From positions 49,020 through 113,019 of the forward strand of contig JBOGCE010000009.1 in assembly GCA_051656585.1 (NCBI GenBank): a DNA stretch of 64,000 nt, written 5' to 3'. Within the stretch, counting starts at the first letter, position 1. Each line of letters starts with the position of its first letter. The translations under genes were made by a program, and so were the position numbers. A model generated the notes under the pieces. That model did not search any database, was not told the DNA's origin, and saw only the letters and a list, made by a program, of their open reading frames with translations. This stretch comes from Sarcina sp. (GTDB lineage: Bacteria; Bacillota; Clostridia; Clostridiales; Clostridiaceae). Shown here in pieces: positions 1-9,568 of the stretch.

Positions 1-630
1 ACGTATTCAGTAACTGATAGTGCAAATAATACTTCTACATTAGATAGAAATATAAAAGTAATAGATCCAACAGAAGTTAGTAAAGATTTTAGTTTTGACT
101 TTGAAATTACTAGTGATTGGGGATCTGGAGCTAATTACAAAATGGTATTAAAAAATAATTCAGGAAAAGATATTACAGGGGGATGGAATGTTCAACTAGA
201 TTTTGATAAAAAACTAGATTCAGCATGGAGTTGTAATTTTGTCGCTAATGGAAATAAATATACATTTACTAATCCAAGCTGGAATGATACTTGGAAAAAT
301 GGAGCAGTCATAGAAATTGCGGGAAGTTGCCAAGGTGGAATTAAAGAGGCAAAGCCAACTAATATATATGTAAATGGTGTATTAATAGATTCAGATGGCA
401 TTCCACCGATAACTCCACCAGAACCACCTATTGAACCACCAGTGGAACCGCCGGTAGAGCCACCAGTAGAACCAGAAATTCCAGACAACACAACTTGGAC
501 AGCTGGAACTAGTTACGTTCAAGGTAATATAGTATCATACAATAGGAAAAATTATAAATGTTTACAATCTCACCAATCATTAGTTGGGTGGGAGCCTAGT
601 AATGTACCAGCCCTTTGGATTTTAGCTTAA
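1..630 (+). CDS. C-terminal part of a modular carbohydrate-binding protein (Ig-like/DUF5011-type repeat end, CBM2, Pro-rich linker, CBM5/12); probably a chitinase or other glycoside hydrolase; 5'-truncated by window
   Basis: Frame +1 is open from base 1 (TYSVTDSANNTSTLDRNIKV...). CBM2-like ITSDWGSGANYKMVLKNNSG...WNVQLDF...SAWS. PPVEPPVEPP linker. CBM5/12-like WTAGTSYVQGNIVSYN..YKCLQSH...WEPSNVPALW. Confidence 0.8.
   Translation, partial: TYSVTDSANNTSTLDRNIKVIDPTEVSKDFSFDFEITSDWGSGANYKMVLKNNSGKDITGGWNVQLDFDKKLDSAWSCNFVANGNKYTFTNPSWNDTWKNGAVIEIAGSCQGGIKEAKPTNIYVNGVLIDSDGIPPITPPEPPIEPPVEPPVEPPVEPEIPDNTTWTAGTSYVQGNIVSYNRKNYKCLQSHQSLVGWEPSNVPALWILA
403..477 (+). repeat. Imperfect 12-bp tandem repeat encoding the Pro-Pro-Val/Ile-Glu linker
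   Basis: ccaccagtggaa/ccgccggtagag/ccaccagtagaa units translate to PPVE repeats. Confidence 0.8.
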
Positions 631-711
631 TTTGAGAAGATTTTTATACTTCAAATGCTAAGCATTAGGTATTAAGGGAGTTTACGTAACTAACAATCAT
701 ATAATAAAGAT

Positions 712-762
712 AAAGGACAATATATTTAAGAAAATTTATTCTTTAGTATATTGTCCTTTTAT
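712..762. terminator. Bidirectional intrinsic terminator between convergent genes
   Basis: aaaggacaatata (712-724) pairs with tatattgtccttt (747-759). Confidence 0.7.
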
Positions 763-1478
763 TATTTATTTTTTTTTATTAAATCCCGCATATCGCGTGT
801 TAATTCTTTTAATTTATTGGGGGAGGTTTGATCCACTAACACTTCAGAATAATTTTTAAGAGCAATATCAAAATTCCCAATTCTTCTATGAAGTTCACCT
901 ATTAAATAAAGAAGAGTTGTTTTTTGCATTTCATAAACAGGTAATTGCTCATTAAAATATGCTTGTTCAAAATTAGTACGAGCTTTTTCTAAAAAGATTA
1001 ACTCTGATTTTGAATCTTCTAAAAGTCTATACATCCAAGCTATCTTGATACAAATCATAGCTTTTGTGCTAGTTTTTTTATTTATAGTACTAGCAGTTAT
1101 AAGAGCTAATTTATATCGTTCTAAAGCAATATATATATCATGTATTCCAAGGAATTGTTTATGATTCCATTTAGGAGTTATATAAGCTTTTACTAATTCT
1201 TTTTGTTTTTCATGAATTTTATCAAAATCGATTTTTAGAGCTGCATATCCACAAGTAGGACATACTAAAACATCATAAAAATATGGATTTATAGTTTTAT
1301 AACGTATAAAAAAATCTGAATCTTTTTCTAAAATTCTAGTAGTTTTAGCTCTAACAGTACGAGCTTTGAAATTATTTTTACATACTGGGCAATTTATTGT
1401 TTTATCAAATAATAAGTTATATATGTCTATATTCTCAATTGAGTTAAACTTTAAATGTTCTTTGCTTATAATATTCAA
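762..1478 (-). CDS. DUF2225 family protein (two CxxC motifs, C-terminal TPR-like helices)
   Basis: CPVCKNNF and CPTCGYAA motifs; TTG start with AAAGGA RBS. Confidence 0.8.
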   Translation of the reverse strand: MNIISKEHLKFNSIENIDIYNLLFDKTINCPVCKNNFKARTVRAKTTRILEKDSDFFIRYKTINPYFYDVLVCPTCGYAALKIDFDKIHEKQKELVKAYITPKWNHKQFLGIHDIYIALERYKLALITASTINKKTSTKAMICIKIAWMYRLLEDSKSELIFLEKARTNFEQAYFNEQLPVYEMQKTTLLYLIGELHRRIGNFDIALKNYSEVLVDQTSPNKLKELTRDMRDLIKKNK

Positions 1479-1600
1479 GTTAAAACATCCTTTCTCTTGT
1501 ATAAGTAATAATAATTTAATTATCGAACTTAATTTGTTTAGTTTTATAGTTATTTTTGTTATAATTATAACTTAGATAATATATATAAGAGGGTGAGATT

Positions 1601-2389
1601 ATGGCTATGAAAAATTGGAAGCAATTTTTAACTCCATATGAGCAGGCTGTTGAAGAGCTCAAGGTAAAGTTAAGGAGTATAAGAAAAGAATATAGAAGAA
1701 AGAATGAATATTCACCAATTGAGTTTGTTACAGGAAGGGTTAAAGAAGTTTCAAGTATTTTGGAAAAAGCTAATAAGTATAATATCCCTATTGATAGAGT
1801 ACAATATGAGATGGAAGATATAGCTGGTATAAGAATAATGTGCCAATTTGTTGATGATATTGATAAAGTTATAGAACTTTTACGAGAGAGAAAAGATATG
1901 GTTATTCTTTATGAAAAGGACTATGTTAGAAATGTTAAAGAAAGTGGATATAGAAGTTATCATATAGTTATAAGATATCCGATTAATATGGCAGAAGGTC
2001 AAAGGATAATACTTGCTGAATTCCAAATAAGAACACTCGCTATGAATTTCTGGGCAACTATTGAACATTCTCTCAATTATAAATATAAAAAGAATGTTCC
2101 TGTTGATATTAAAAGCAAGTTAAAGAAAGCAGCAGATGCAGCATTTATGCTAGACGAAGAAATGTTAGAGATTAAAGATGAAATTAAAGATGCTCAAAAA
2201 TTATTTGAAGTTAAATCTGAGATAATAAGTAATGTTATGAATAGTATTTTAACTCTTATATCACTTGGTAGAGCTTCAGAAGCTTCAAGATATCAAATGT
2301 TATTAAATAAGATGATAGAAGAAAGTGAAGTGTCTGAACTTAATACACTATTACAAGATATACAAAGAGATATAGATAGATATAAATAA
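1601..2389 (+). CDS. relQ: Small alarmone synthetase / GTP pyrophosphokinase (RelQ/YjbM family)
   Basis: GRVKEVSSILEK, DIAGIRIMCQF, GYRSYH, EFQIRTLAMNFWATIEHSLNYK motifs. Confidence 0.9.
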   Translation: MAMKNWKQFLTPYEQAVEELKVKLRSIRKEYRRKNEYSPIEFVTGRVKEVSSILEKANKYNIPIDRVQYEMEDIAGIRIMCQFVDDIDKVIELLRERKDMVILYEKDYVRNVKESGYRSYHIVIRYPINMAEGQRIILAEFQIRTLAMNFWATIEHSLNYKYKKNVPVDIKSKLKKAADAAFMLDEEMLEIKDEIKDAQKLFEVKSEIISNVMNSILTLISLGRASEASRYQMLLNKMIEESEVSELNTLLQDIQRDIDRYK

Positions 2390-2392
2390 AAA

Positions 2393-2438
2393 AATGACCT
2401 ATAGTACTATATTACAGTAACATAGGTCATTAATTTTT
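2393..2438. terminator. Bidirectional intrinsic terminator
   Basis: aatgacctat (2393-2402) pairs with ataggtcatt (2422-2431), between convergent genes. Confidence 0.65.
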
Positions 2439-2444
2439 AGAGGA

Positions 2445-2780
2445 TTAGTGACATCCGCCTCCGCAGCTTCCACATCCACCTTCTGATTCAATGAAAGGTT
2501 TAAGAGCTAAACCATTTCCATCATTTTCAGCTGATGAAAGAATTTTAAATCCACCAAAATCGTCAATTAGACTTTCTTCTATTAAGAATAAGATATCGTT
2601 AACTTTTTCTTCAATATCTCCATCTAATTTTGAATCAACACTTATGTTGAAAGCAGGACCACTACATCCGTATCCAGCTAAATCTAATCTTATTGTATAT
2701 TCATCAACACCGTTTTCTTCAAGAAAACTTTTGAACTCGTTGTAAGCTTCTTCGCTCATTAAAACTTTTTTATCTTCCAT
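2445..2780 (-). CDS. HesB/IscA-like (Fe-S biogenesis-fold) protein
   Basis: IRLDLAGYGCSGPAFNISVD motif and Cys/Gly tail GGCGSCGGGCH; ATG at 2780 follows GTAGGTG RBS. Confidence 0.75.
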   Translation of the reverse strand: MEDKKVLMSEEAYNEFKSFLEENGVDEYTIRLDLAGYGCSGPAFNISVDSKLDGDIEEKVNDILFLIEESLIDDFGGFKILSSAENDGNGLALKPFIESEGGCGSCGGGCH

Positions 2781-3120
2781 TTGATACACCTACTTTTTTC
2801 TTTATATTAGTTATAAAAAATAACTAAGGTCTTCTTAATTATATAACATTGAAATATAAAATCAATAGCCCTTAACTATAAATTAGGCATTTTGTATGAT
2901 TATTTTAAAGCGAATTTCTTGATTAGAGAATTTCAGAAATATGTAATATACTTTATATAAGAGGATTTTTAAATATTAAAATACTTCTAAGTTTATTTTT
3001 TTTAGCATAATAATTAAATTTAATAAAAATTAAAAAAATTAATAAATATCTTTAATTTTTTGGGAATAAATGGTAAAATTGTTTTATTGAATTTATCAAG
3101 TATGGAGGAAAGATTAAAAC

Positions 3121-3567
3121 ATGAGTGCGAAGGTAAACAATTTAAGAAATTTAACTAAAAAAGATTTTCAAATAATTAAAGAGCTAAGTCTTCTAGGAAC
3201 TCATATAAAAAGTTATGCTAGTAAGGGATTAAATGAAAATGAAGAACAAGCCTTATTTAATCTTTTATCAAGGTGTGGAAATGAGTTTTTAGATGAAAGT
3301 GGAAATTCAGATTTTGAATATGGAATAGATTTTAAAATAATAGAACGATATAATGAATTAGTTTTTTGGGAAGTTTTAGCTAAAAAGTTAGCTGCTAGAG
3401 ATACTTTAGAAAAATTAGGTGAAGAAATAACGGAATATAATGTTGATGAATTTGAAAAAATTAAGGATTTTTATGAATTAGAATATATGAAAAAATTTCA
3501 ATTTATAAAATTTAATGATGCAGAAGAGAATATAACCAAATTTGATAGTAAATTTCTTCCTTATTAA
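3121..3567 (+). CDS. Hypothetical protein
   Basis: 148-aa ORF with GGAGG RBS; no recognised motif. Confidence 0.7.
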   Translation: MSAKVNNLRNLTKKDFQIIKELSLLGTHIKSYASKGLNENEEQALFNLLSRCGNEFLDESGNSDFEYGIDFKIIERYNELVFWEVLAKKLAARDTLEKLGEEITEYNVDEFEKIKDFYELEYMKKFQFIKFNDAEENITKFDSKFLPY

Positions 3568-3769
3568 TTTGACATAATAATTTAATAGTATTTAATTTTT
3601 TATAAAACAAAAGAAATCAATTTATAAAAAATTTACACTAAGTATGAGAAAAGGCTCTATATTTATAGTATAATGTAAAAAATATTGATAGTTATTTTTC
3701 AAATGGTATAATAAAATCTATGAATAAATATAAGCTAAAGGCAGAAATAAAAGAATAGGAGCAAATAAT

Positions 3770-4513
3770 ATGACATCATATAGTGCAGAGGTTTGTGAGA
3801 ACAAAATAAAAGAATATAAAAACTTCTTAAAGGAAGGATGTTTAGGAAATACAAAAATTCTATATGGCAAAGTTCCAAGTATTACAGATGGATATTTATA
3901 TAAAAGAAGAAAAATGCTCAAAGAATCTCCAGTAGAATTATATGTTAATGGAGAAATGCTAATGAGTTTATCTGTAAAAGAAATACAAGGAGCTACAGAA
4001 GCAATTAGAAAAGCTAAAGGAAAATGTGGTGTTTTAGGACTTGGACTTGGGTATTATGTTCAAGAAATAGCTAAAAAAGAGGAAGTTACAGAGATTATAG
4101 TATATGAAAAGAATAAAGATGTTATAGAGCTATATAATCAAAATTTTGCTACAAATAAAAAAATTAAAATTCAAAATGAAGATGGATTTGCTACTAAAAG
4201 AGAAGAATTTGATTTCTTTTTTGCTGATATCTATAGCTATAATTTAGACTGCGAAGTAGCAAAGGATTATCTAAAGTTGATGAAGTTACATAATATTTGT
4301 ATTTATACATTTTTTGGAGTGGAAAAATTTCTTTTAAGTTGTCCCTTAGAAGACTTAACAACTGTTTTTATTCCAGAAGAATGGATGGAAATGGCAAAAA
4401 GATCGTTTGATAATGTTGATAAAATTGGACAAACAAAAAATATTAAAAATTTAAGAAGAAATAAAGCATTAGAAATATTAGAATGTTTTAGACCTATTTT
4501 GAACGAGGAATAA
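3770..4513 (+). CDS. Hypothetical protein with SAM-dependent methyltransferase/spermidine-synthase-like fold
   Basis: GVLGLGLGYY glycine-rich motif, IIVYEKNKDVI acidic strand, FFFADIY strand. Confidence 0.6.
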   Translation: MTSYSAEVCENKIKEYKNFLKEGCLGNTKILYGKVPSITDGYLYKRRKMLKESPVELYVNGEMLMSLSVKEIQGATEAIRKAKGKCGVLGLGLGYYVQEIAKKEEVTEIIVYEKNKDVIELYNQNFATNKKIKIQNEDGFATKREEFDFFFADIYSYNLDCEVAKDYLKLMKLHNICIYTFFGVEKFLLSCPLEDLTTVFIPEEWMEMAKRSFDNVDKIGQTKNIKNLRRNKALEILECFRPILNEE

Positions 4514-4517
4514 TTTG

Positions 4518-4559
4518 AAAGTCATTGCTAACTTTATATAGTTGGCAGTGACTTTTTTT
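4518..4559 (+). terminator. Intrinsic terminator
   Basis: aaagtcattgctaact pairs with agttggcagtgacttt, followed by a T-run. Confidence 0.8.
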
Positions 4560-4779
4560 AGTAAGTAAAGTTATGTTATAAATATAAATTATAAATTTAA
4601 AAATAAAAAAGTTTGCTTGAAAATAGAGAGTTATAAAAGATATTAATAAGTAAAATTATATTAGGATACACACAAAAAGGTGTGTGGCACACAAAAAAGT
4701 CGGTAATTCACATAATATGAGATAGTACTTATAATAAAAGACGTAGACAGATCAAACATTAAAAAAGGAGAGAATTATA

Positions 4780-5481
4780 ATGAAAAAGACAATAATATCA
4801 ATAATTATATTGGTAATTGCAATAATATTATTAGTAGTTGCTGGTGTGATTTATTCAAAAACTCAGAATTACATACCAATAGTTAAAATGAATGTTACTT
4901 CATCTGGGGTACAAAATGGAGTTATAGATCCACAATATGGAGCAGCATCAAAAGATAAATTAGGAGCAATGCCACTTGAATCTTTACCACTTAGTTGGTC
5001 AGGAGCACCAAAAGATGCGAAATCTTATGTTGTTGAAATAACAGATAATGATACTGTTCCAGTACTTGGATTTACATGGATACATTGGTTAGCAGCTAAT
5101 ATTCCTGCTAATGTAACTTCATTACCAGCTAATGCAAGTACAACAATGGCTAAAGATATGGTACAAGGAGTTAACAGTTATGCTAATGGTGTAATGTTAA
5201 ATATGCCATCAATGAAAGGGTTCTATGTACCAAGAAATGATGCAGCACATTACGGTGGAATGGTTCCAGTAGGATTCCCACACACATATACAATAAAAGT
5301 ATTTGCATTAAACACAATGCTTAATTTACAAAATGGATATGGATATAATGATTTATATCAAGCTATGCAAGGACATATAGTTGGAGTAGGACAAATGCAA
5401 GCTGTTTATAAAGCTTCAATAGTACATTTACCAGTAAGTGAACAAAATCCAGAATATGTTAAAGCACATAACGGAAAATAA
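4780..5481 (+). CDS. Exported YbhB/YbcL (PEBP/RKIP-like) family protein
   Basis: N-terminal signal/anchor; LSWSGAPKDAKSYVVEITDND...WIHWLAANIP and YGGMVP..PHTYTIKVFAL motifs. Confidence 0.8.
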   Translation: MKKTIISIIILVIAIILLVVAGVIYSKTQNYIPIVKMNVTSSGVQNGVIDPQYGAASKDKLGAMPLESLPLSWSGAPKDAKSYVVEITDNDTVPVLGFTWIHWLAANIPANVTSLPANASTTMAKDMVQGVNSYANGVMLNMPSMKGFYVPRNDAAHYGGMVPVGFPHTYTIKVFALNTMLNLQNGYGYNDLYQAMQGHIVGVGQMQAVYKASIVHLPVSEQNPEYVKAHNGK

Positions 5482-5490
5482 TATAAATTT

Positions 5491-5527
5491 AATTCAGATA
5501 GAATGAAATTCTATCTGAATTTTTTTT
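5491..5527 (+). terminator. Intrinsic terminator
   Basis: aattcagatagaat pairs with attctatctgaatt, followed by a T-run. Confidence 0.8.
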
Positions 5528-5648
5528 GCTATATTAAATATTTTTAAATTTATGGAAATTTTGATTTTTAAAATACATATTTTACCTTTTATAGTGTATT
5601 ATTATAGGGTGAAAAGTTTTATTAATTTTATGAAGGGGATAGATTAAT

Positions 5649-6278
5649 ATGAGAGCACAAATCAAACAAGTAGCAAAAAATCAGTTGAGAGGTAGATGGG
5701 GAAGAGCAGTTTTAGCATTTTTTATAAGTACCTTAGTGACGCTTATAGGAACACTTATATTAAATTTTTTAGGTGTAGCAATAGGTATTTTAGGAGTTTT
5801 TGCATCTTTACTAATATCAGCACCTATGGGGCTGGGCTTATGCATATACACATTAAATTTCATTAATAACAAAGAAGATTTAGAAGATGTTTTTTGCGGG
5901 TTTCAAAATATGCTAAAAGTTTTAGGGGTATTAGCATTACAATCAGTAATTATTTGGGTAGGAACATTACTTTTAATTATTCCAGGAATAATAGCAGGGT
6001 TATACTTATCTCAGACAATGTTTATTTTAGCTGATAAACCAGATATTGGTGTTATTGACTGCTTAAAAGAGAGTTATAATATGATGAAAGGTCGTCTTTG
6101 GGAGTATTTTGTTCTTGAATTAAGTTTTTTAGGTTGGGCAATTCTTGCAATGATTACATTTGGAATTGGATATCTATTTTTTATTCCATATAATCAAGTA
6201 ACTTTAGGGAATTATTATTTATTAATAAAAGGTGATGGAAAAAAAGAAGATATATACGATGATGTAAATATATTTTAA
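5649..6278 (+). CDS. DUF975 family membrane protein
   Basis: K..AKNQLRGRWG start, LLIIPGII and MKGRLWEYFVLELSFLGW motifs. Confidence 0.85.
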   Translation: MRAQIKQVAKNQLRGRWGRAVLAFFISTLVTLIGTLILNFLGVAIGILGVFASLLISAPMGLGLCIYTLNFINNKEDLEDVFCGFQNMLKVLGVLALQSVIIWVGTLLLIIPGIIAGLYLSQTMFILADKPDIGVIDCLKESYNMMKGRLWEYFVLELSFLGWAILAMITFGIGYLFFIPYNQVTLGNYYLLIKGDGKKEDIYDDVNIF

Positions 6279-6280
6279 GT

Positions 6281-6308
6281 AAAAAGGAGTGCATTTGCAC
6301 TCCTTTTT
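6281..6308. terminator. Bidirectional intrinsic terminator (DUF975 / leuS)
   Basis: aaaaaggagtgca-tt-tgcactccttttt. Confidence 0.85.
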
Positions 6309-8758
6309 TATTTTACTACTATATTTACAAGTCTACCTTTGATAACTATTACTTTTACAATGTTTTTATCAGCTGTAGCTTCTTTAATTTTTTCATCTTC
6401 TAAAGCAGCTGCTTTAATAGATTCTTCATCAAGACCAGAAGCTATCATTATTTTATTTTTAATTTTACCATTAACTTGTATAGCTATTTCAACCTCATCT
6501 TTTACAAGACAAGTTGTATCAAATACAGGCCATTCTGTATTGAATACTGAGTAAGCATTTCCAAGTAAGTTCCATTGTTCTTCAGCAAAGTGAGGAGCAA
6601 ATGGAGCAAGTAATTTAATATAATCACTTATTGTATCTTTTAAGAATGAAAGATTCATTTCTTTTTCTTGTGTATATTTAGAAATAGCATTTATAAATTC
6701 CATCATTCTAGCAATTGCAGTGTTGAATTGAAGTTTATCAGCATCAGTTCCAACAGCTTTTATAGTGTTATGTCTCCAGTAGTTAAGTTCTTTTTCTACC
6801 TTATCCATAGTAGTTTTGTTGTTTTCATTTTTTTCTATAGCTTCTCTTGCTATATCAAGATTTCTTTCGATTTTTTCTACAAATCTATGAACTGATTTGA
6901 TACCATCATCACTCCAAGCACCACCTTCAACATAGGCGAAACCAAACATTAAGTACATTCTGAATACATCAGCACCATATTCTTTAATGTAATCATCAGG
7001 TGATATAGTATTTCCTTTTGATTTACTCATTTTAAGACCATCTGGACCAAGTATTAATCCTTGGTGAGTAAGTGATTTAAATGGTTCATCAAAGTTTAAA
7101 TATCCCATATCTCTTAATGCTTTAGTTACGAATCTAGCATAAAGTAAATGCATGCAAGCATGTTCAGGACCACCTACATATTTATCTACAGGAAGTAACT
7201 TATTTATTAAGTCTCTATTAAATGGTTCTTTAGAATTTTTGTTATCTGGATATCTTAAGTAATACCATGATGAGCAAACAAAAGTATCAAGAGTATCAGT
7301 TTCTCTTTTTGCTGGTTTTCCACAACAAGGACATGTAGTATTTACAAATTCTTCAGATTTTGCAAGTGGTGATTTACCATCTGGTGCAAACTCAACGTCA
7401 TATGGAAGTTTTACAGGTAAATCTTTTTCAGGAACAGGTACAGTTCCACAATCATCACAGTAGATTATTGGAATTGGTGCACCCCAGTATCTTTGTCTAG
7501 AAACTAACCAATCACGAAGTCTATAATTTACTTTTTCTTCTCCAAGATTATTTTTAGCAAGAGATTCAACTATTTTAACTTTAGCCTGAGCTGTAGTTAA
7601 TCCGTCAAATTCTCCAGAATTGATTAAGATACCATGTTCACAGAATGGTAAATCTGTATTTTCACCATTATTAGGAGAAATAACTCTTTCTATTGGTAAA
7701 TCAAATTTTTGTGCAAATGCAAAATCTCTTTCGTCATGAGCAGGTACAGCCATAACAGCTCCTGTTCCATAAGTAGCAAGTACATAGTCACCTATCCAAA
7801 TAGGAACTTCTTTTTTGCTTATAGGATGGATTGCATAAGCACCAGAGAATACTCCAGTTTTTTCTCTAGAAATAGATTGTCTTTCAATATCAGATTGTTT
7901 TTTTGCTTCTTCTTTATAGTTTTCAACAGATGCTTTGTAGGCATCAGTTGTTATTTGATCAACTAATGGATTTTCAGGTGCTAAAACTACATAAGTAACA
8001 CCACAAAGTGTATCAACTCTTGTTGTAAATACATCAAAACTTAAATCGCTATCTTTAACTTTGAAAGTAACTTGTGAACCTGTTGATTTTCCAATCCAGT
8101 GTTTTTGCATTGAAACAGTTTTTTCAGGCCAATCAAGACCATCTAATTTCTCAAGAAGTTCATCAGCATAGTTAGTTATTTTAAAGAACCATTGAGTAAG
8201 ATCTTTTTTAGTAACTTCTGAATCACATCTTTCACATGCACTATCAATAACTTGCTCATTAGCAAGAACTGTTTGACATGAAGGACACCAGTTTACAGGA
8301 GCTTTCTTTCTGTAAGCTAAGTCATTCTTTAAAAGTTCAAGGAACAACCACTGTGTCCATCTATAGTAATCTTCTGAACAAGTTACAAGTGTGTTTTCCC
8401 AGTTAAACATAGCTCCCATAGCACGAAGTTGCTCCTGCATAGTTTCTATATTTTTAAATGTAGAGTCACTTGGATGAATTCCAGTTTTTATAGCAAAGTT
8501 TTCAGCTGGAAGTCCAAATGCATCAAATCCCATAGGCTGGAATACATTATATCCCTGCATTCTTTTAAGTCTAGCCCATGAATCAACTGGTCCGTAGTTA
8601 AACCAGTGTCCAGCATGAAGTTGACTACCTGATGGATAAGAAAACATCTCTAATACATAAAGTTTTTCTTTTTCGCTATTTGGATCAAATTTATAAAGTT
8701 CAGTTTCAGTCCATTTTTTTTGCCATTTTTTATCTATGGCAGTACTATAATTTCCCAT
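6308..8758 (-). CDS. leuS: Leucine--tRNA ligase
   Basis: [18 protein letters not shown] (HIGH-like) and KMSKS motifs, editing domain; ATG at 8758 follows GGAGG RBS. Confidence 0.97.
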   Translation of the reverse strand: MGNYSTAIDKKWQKKWTETELYKFDPNSEKEKLYVLEMFSYPSGSQLHAGHWFNYGPVDSWARLKRMQGYNVFQPMGFDAFGLPAENFAIKTGIHPSDSTFKNIETMQEQLRAMGAMFNWENTLVTCSEDYYRWTQWLFLELLKNDLAYRKKAPVNWCPSCQTVLANEQVIDSACERCDSEVTKKDLTQWFFKITNYADELLEKLDGLDWPEKTVSMQKHWIGKSTGSQVTFKVKDSDLSFDVFTTRVDTLCGVTYVVLAPENPLVDQITTDAYKASVENYKEEAKKQSDIERQSISREKTGVFSGAYAIHPISKKEVPIWIGDYVLATYGTGAVMAVPAHDERDFAFAQKFDLPIERVISPNNGENTDLPFCEHGILINSGEFDGLTTAQAKVKIVESLAKNNLGEEKVNYRLRDWLVSRQRYWGAPIPIIYCDDCGTVPVPEKDLPVKLPYDVEFAPDGKSPLAKSEEFVNTTCPCCGKPAKRETDTLDTFVCSSWYYLRYPDNKNSKEPFNRDLINKLLPVDKYVGGPEHACMHLLYARFVTKALRDMGYLNFDEPFKSLTHQGLILGPDGLKMSKSKGNTISPDDYIKEYGADVFRMYLMFGFAYVEGGAWSDDGIKSVHRFVEKIERNLDIAREAIEKNENNKTTMDKVEKELNYWRHNTIKAVGTDADKLQFNTAIARMMEFINAISKYTQEKEMNLSFLKDTISDYIKLLAPFAPHFAEEQWNLLGNAYSVFNTEWPVFDTTCLVKDEVEIAIQVNGKIKNKIMIASGLDEESIKAAALEDEKIKEATADKNIVKVIVIKGRLVNIVVK

Positions 8759-8788
8759 TAAAAAGCCTCCTAAATAATATAATAAATA

Positions 8789-9005
8789 AAAAAAGCCCAT
8801 CATCTCAATTAAGAGACGATGGGAATCGTGGTACCACTCTTATTAGAAAATAAAATATTATTTTCTCACTCAAATGCCATAAGGGAGCAGACCCTATGTG
8901 TTTTGCACATATGCTCGTAGGTAAGTTCATATTTTTATAACACTGTGTCACAGCAAACCACAATTCTCTGAAGATATAAAAAATACTAATACTCCTAGTC
9001 AATGC
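8789..9005 (-). promoter_or_regulatory. T-box riboswitch, Leu specifier (CUU)
   Basis: Minus strand: stem I with AGAGA/GCTGTGA elements and GAA-CTT specifier (8923-8925); T-box AGAGTGGTACCACG (8827-8840); terminator cccatcgtctc/gagatgatggg plus T-run. Confidence 0.9.
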
Positions 9006-9187
9006 TTTTCATATTTATTTGTTAATATATGAAATTATATATTATTTGTGTCTTAATAGTCAAGAAAATCTATTTAGAAAATTTGATCTATATTTTTATT
9101 CACAAATTTAAAAAAAATAGAATAAAATAAGAGTGATTAATATTAACTATAGTAAAATGAGAATTTAGCATTTATACTAAATAGTGC

Positions 9188-9215
9188 TTGACTTTATTAA
9201 TTATAATAGTATAAT
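9188..9215 (+). promoter_or_regulatory. SigA-type promoter of the aro operon leader
   Basis: TTGACT (9188-9193), 16 bp, TATAAT (9210-9215). Confidence 0.7.
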
Positions 9216-9252
9216 TAAATAAAATTGGAATTAATTTACAAAGGAGATCGTT

Positions 9253-9402
9253 ATGTTTTTAGATGTTGTTGAAAAAATATATTCATTTTTTTATAGCTTT
9301 TATTATGGCCTAAGCTTTTATTTTAGCATGGTTATATTTAGTATGAAAAAAATAATGAATTTGTATCTGATGGATTTAAAAACATATCTTACTCATAAAT
9401 AA
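9253..9402 (+). CDS. Putative Phe/Tyr-rich leader peptide of the aro operon (49 aa)
   Basis: AAGGAG RBS at 9241; MFLDVVEKIYSFFYSFYYGLSFYFSMVIFSMKKIMNLYLMDLKTYLTHK*; 10 of codons 10-24 are Phe or Tyr; below the ORF track cut-off. Confidence 0.6.
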   Translation: MFLDVVEKIYSFFYSFYYGLSFYFSMVIFSMKKIMNLYLMDLKTYLTHK

Positions 9403-9430
9403 TATTGGTAAATAAAGATTATTGTTTTAT

Positions 9431-9462
9431 AATAAGATTCATTAGTGAATCTTATTTTTTTT
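9431..9462 (+). terminator. Intrinsic terminator (putative attenuator) between the leader ORF and aroF
   Basis: aataagattca-ttag-tgaatcttatt (11-bp stem) followed by tttttt. Confidence 0.7.
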
Positions 9463-9568
9463 ATTGATTTTAATGTCAAATTGATTTCAAATCTTAACAA
9501 TAAATATATAATTGTCTGTTAGTATAGAAACTAGCGAAAAAAGGGTATTATAAAACAGGAGGGGCTAT

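Noticed and set aside
192-491. Minus-strand 99-aa ORF with GGST repeats
   Set aside because: It is the antisense shadow of the PPVE linker repeat in the real + strand gene.
9240-9568. T-box riboswitch in the aro leader
   Set aside because: No GGTGG-N-ACC-N-CG T-box sequence or stem I AGAGA/GA motifs, unlike the two clear T-boxes at leuS and trpB.
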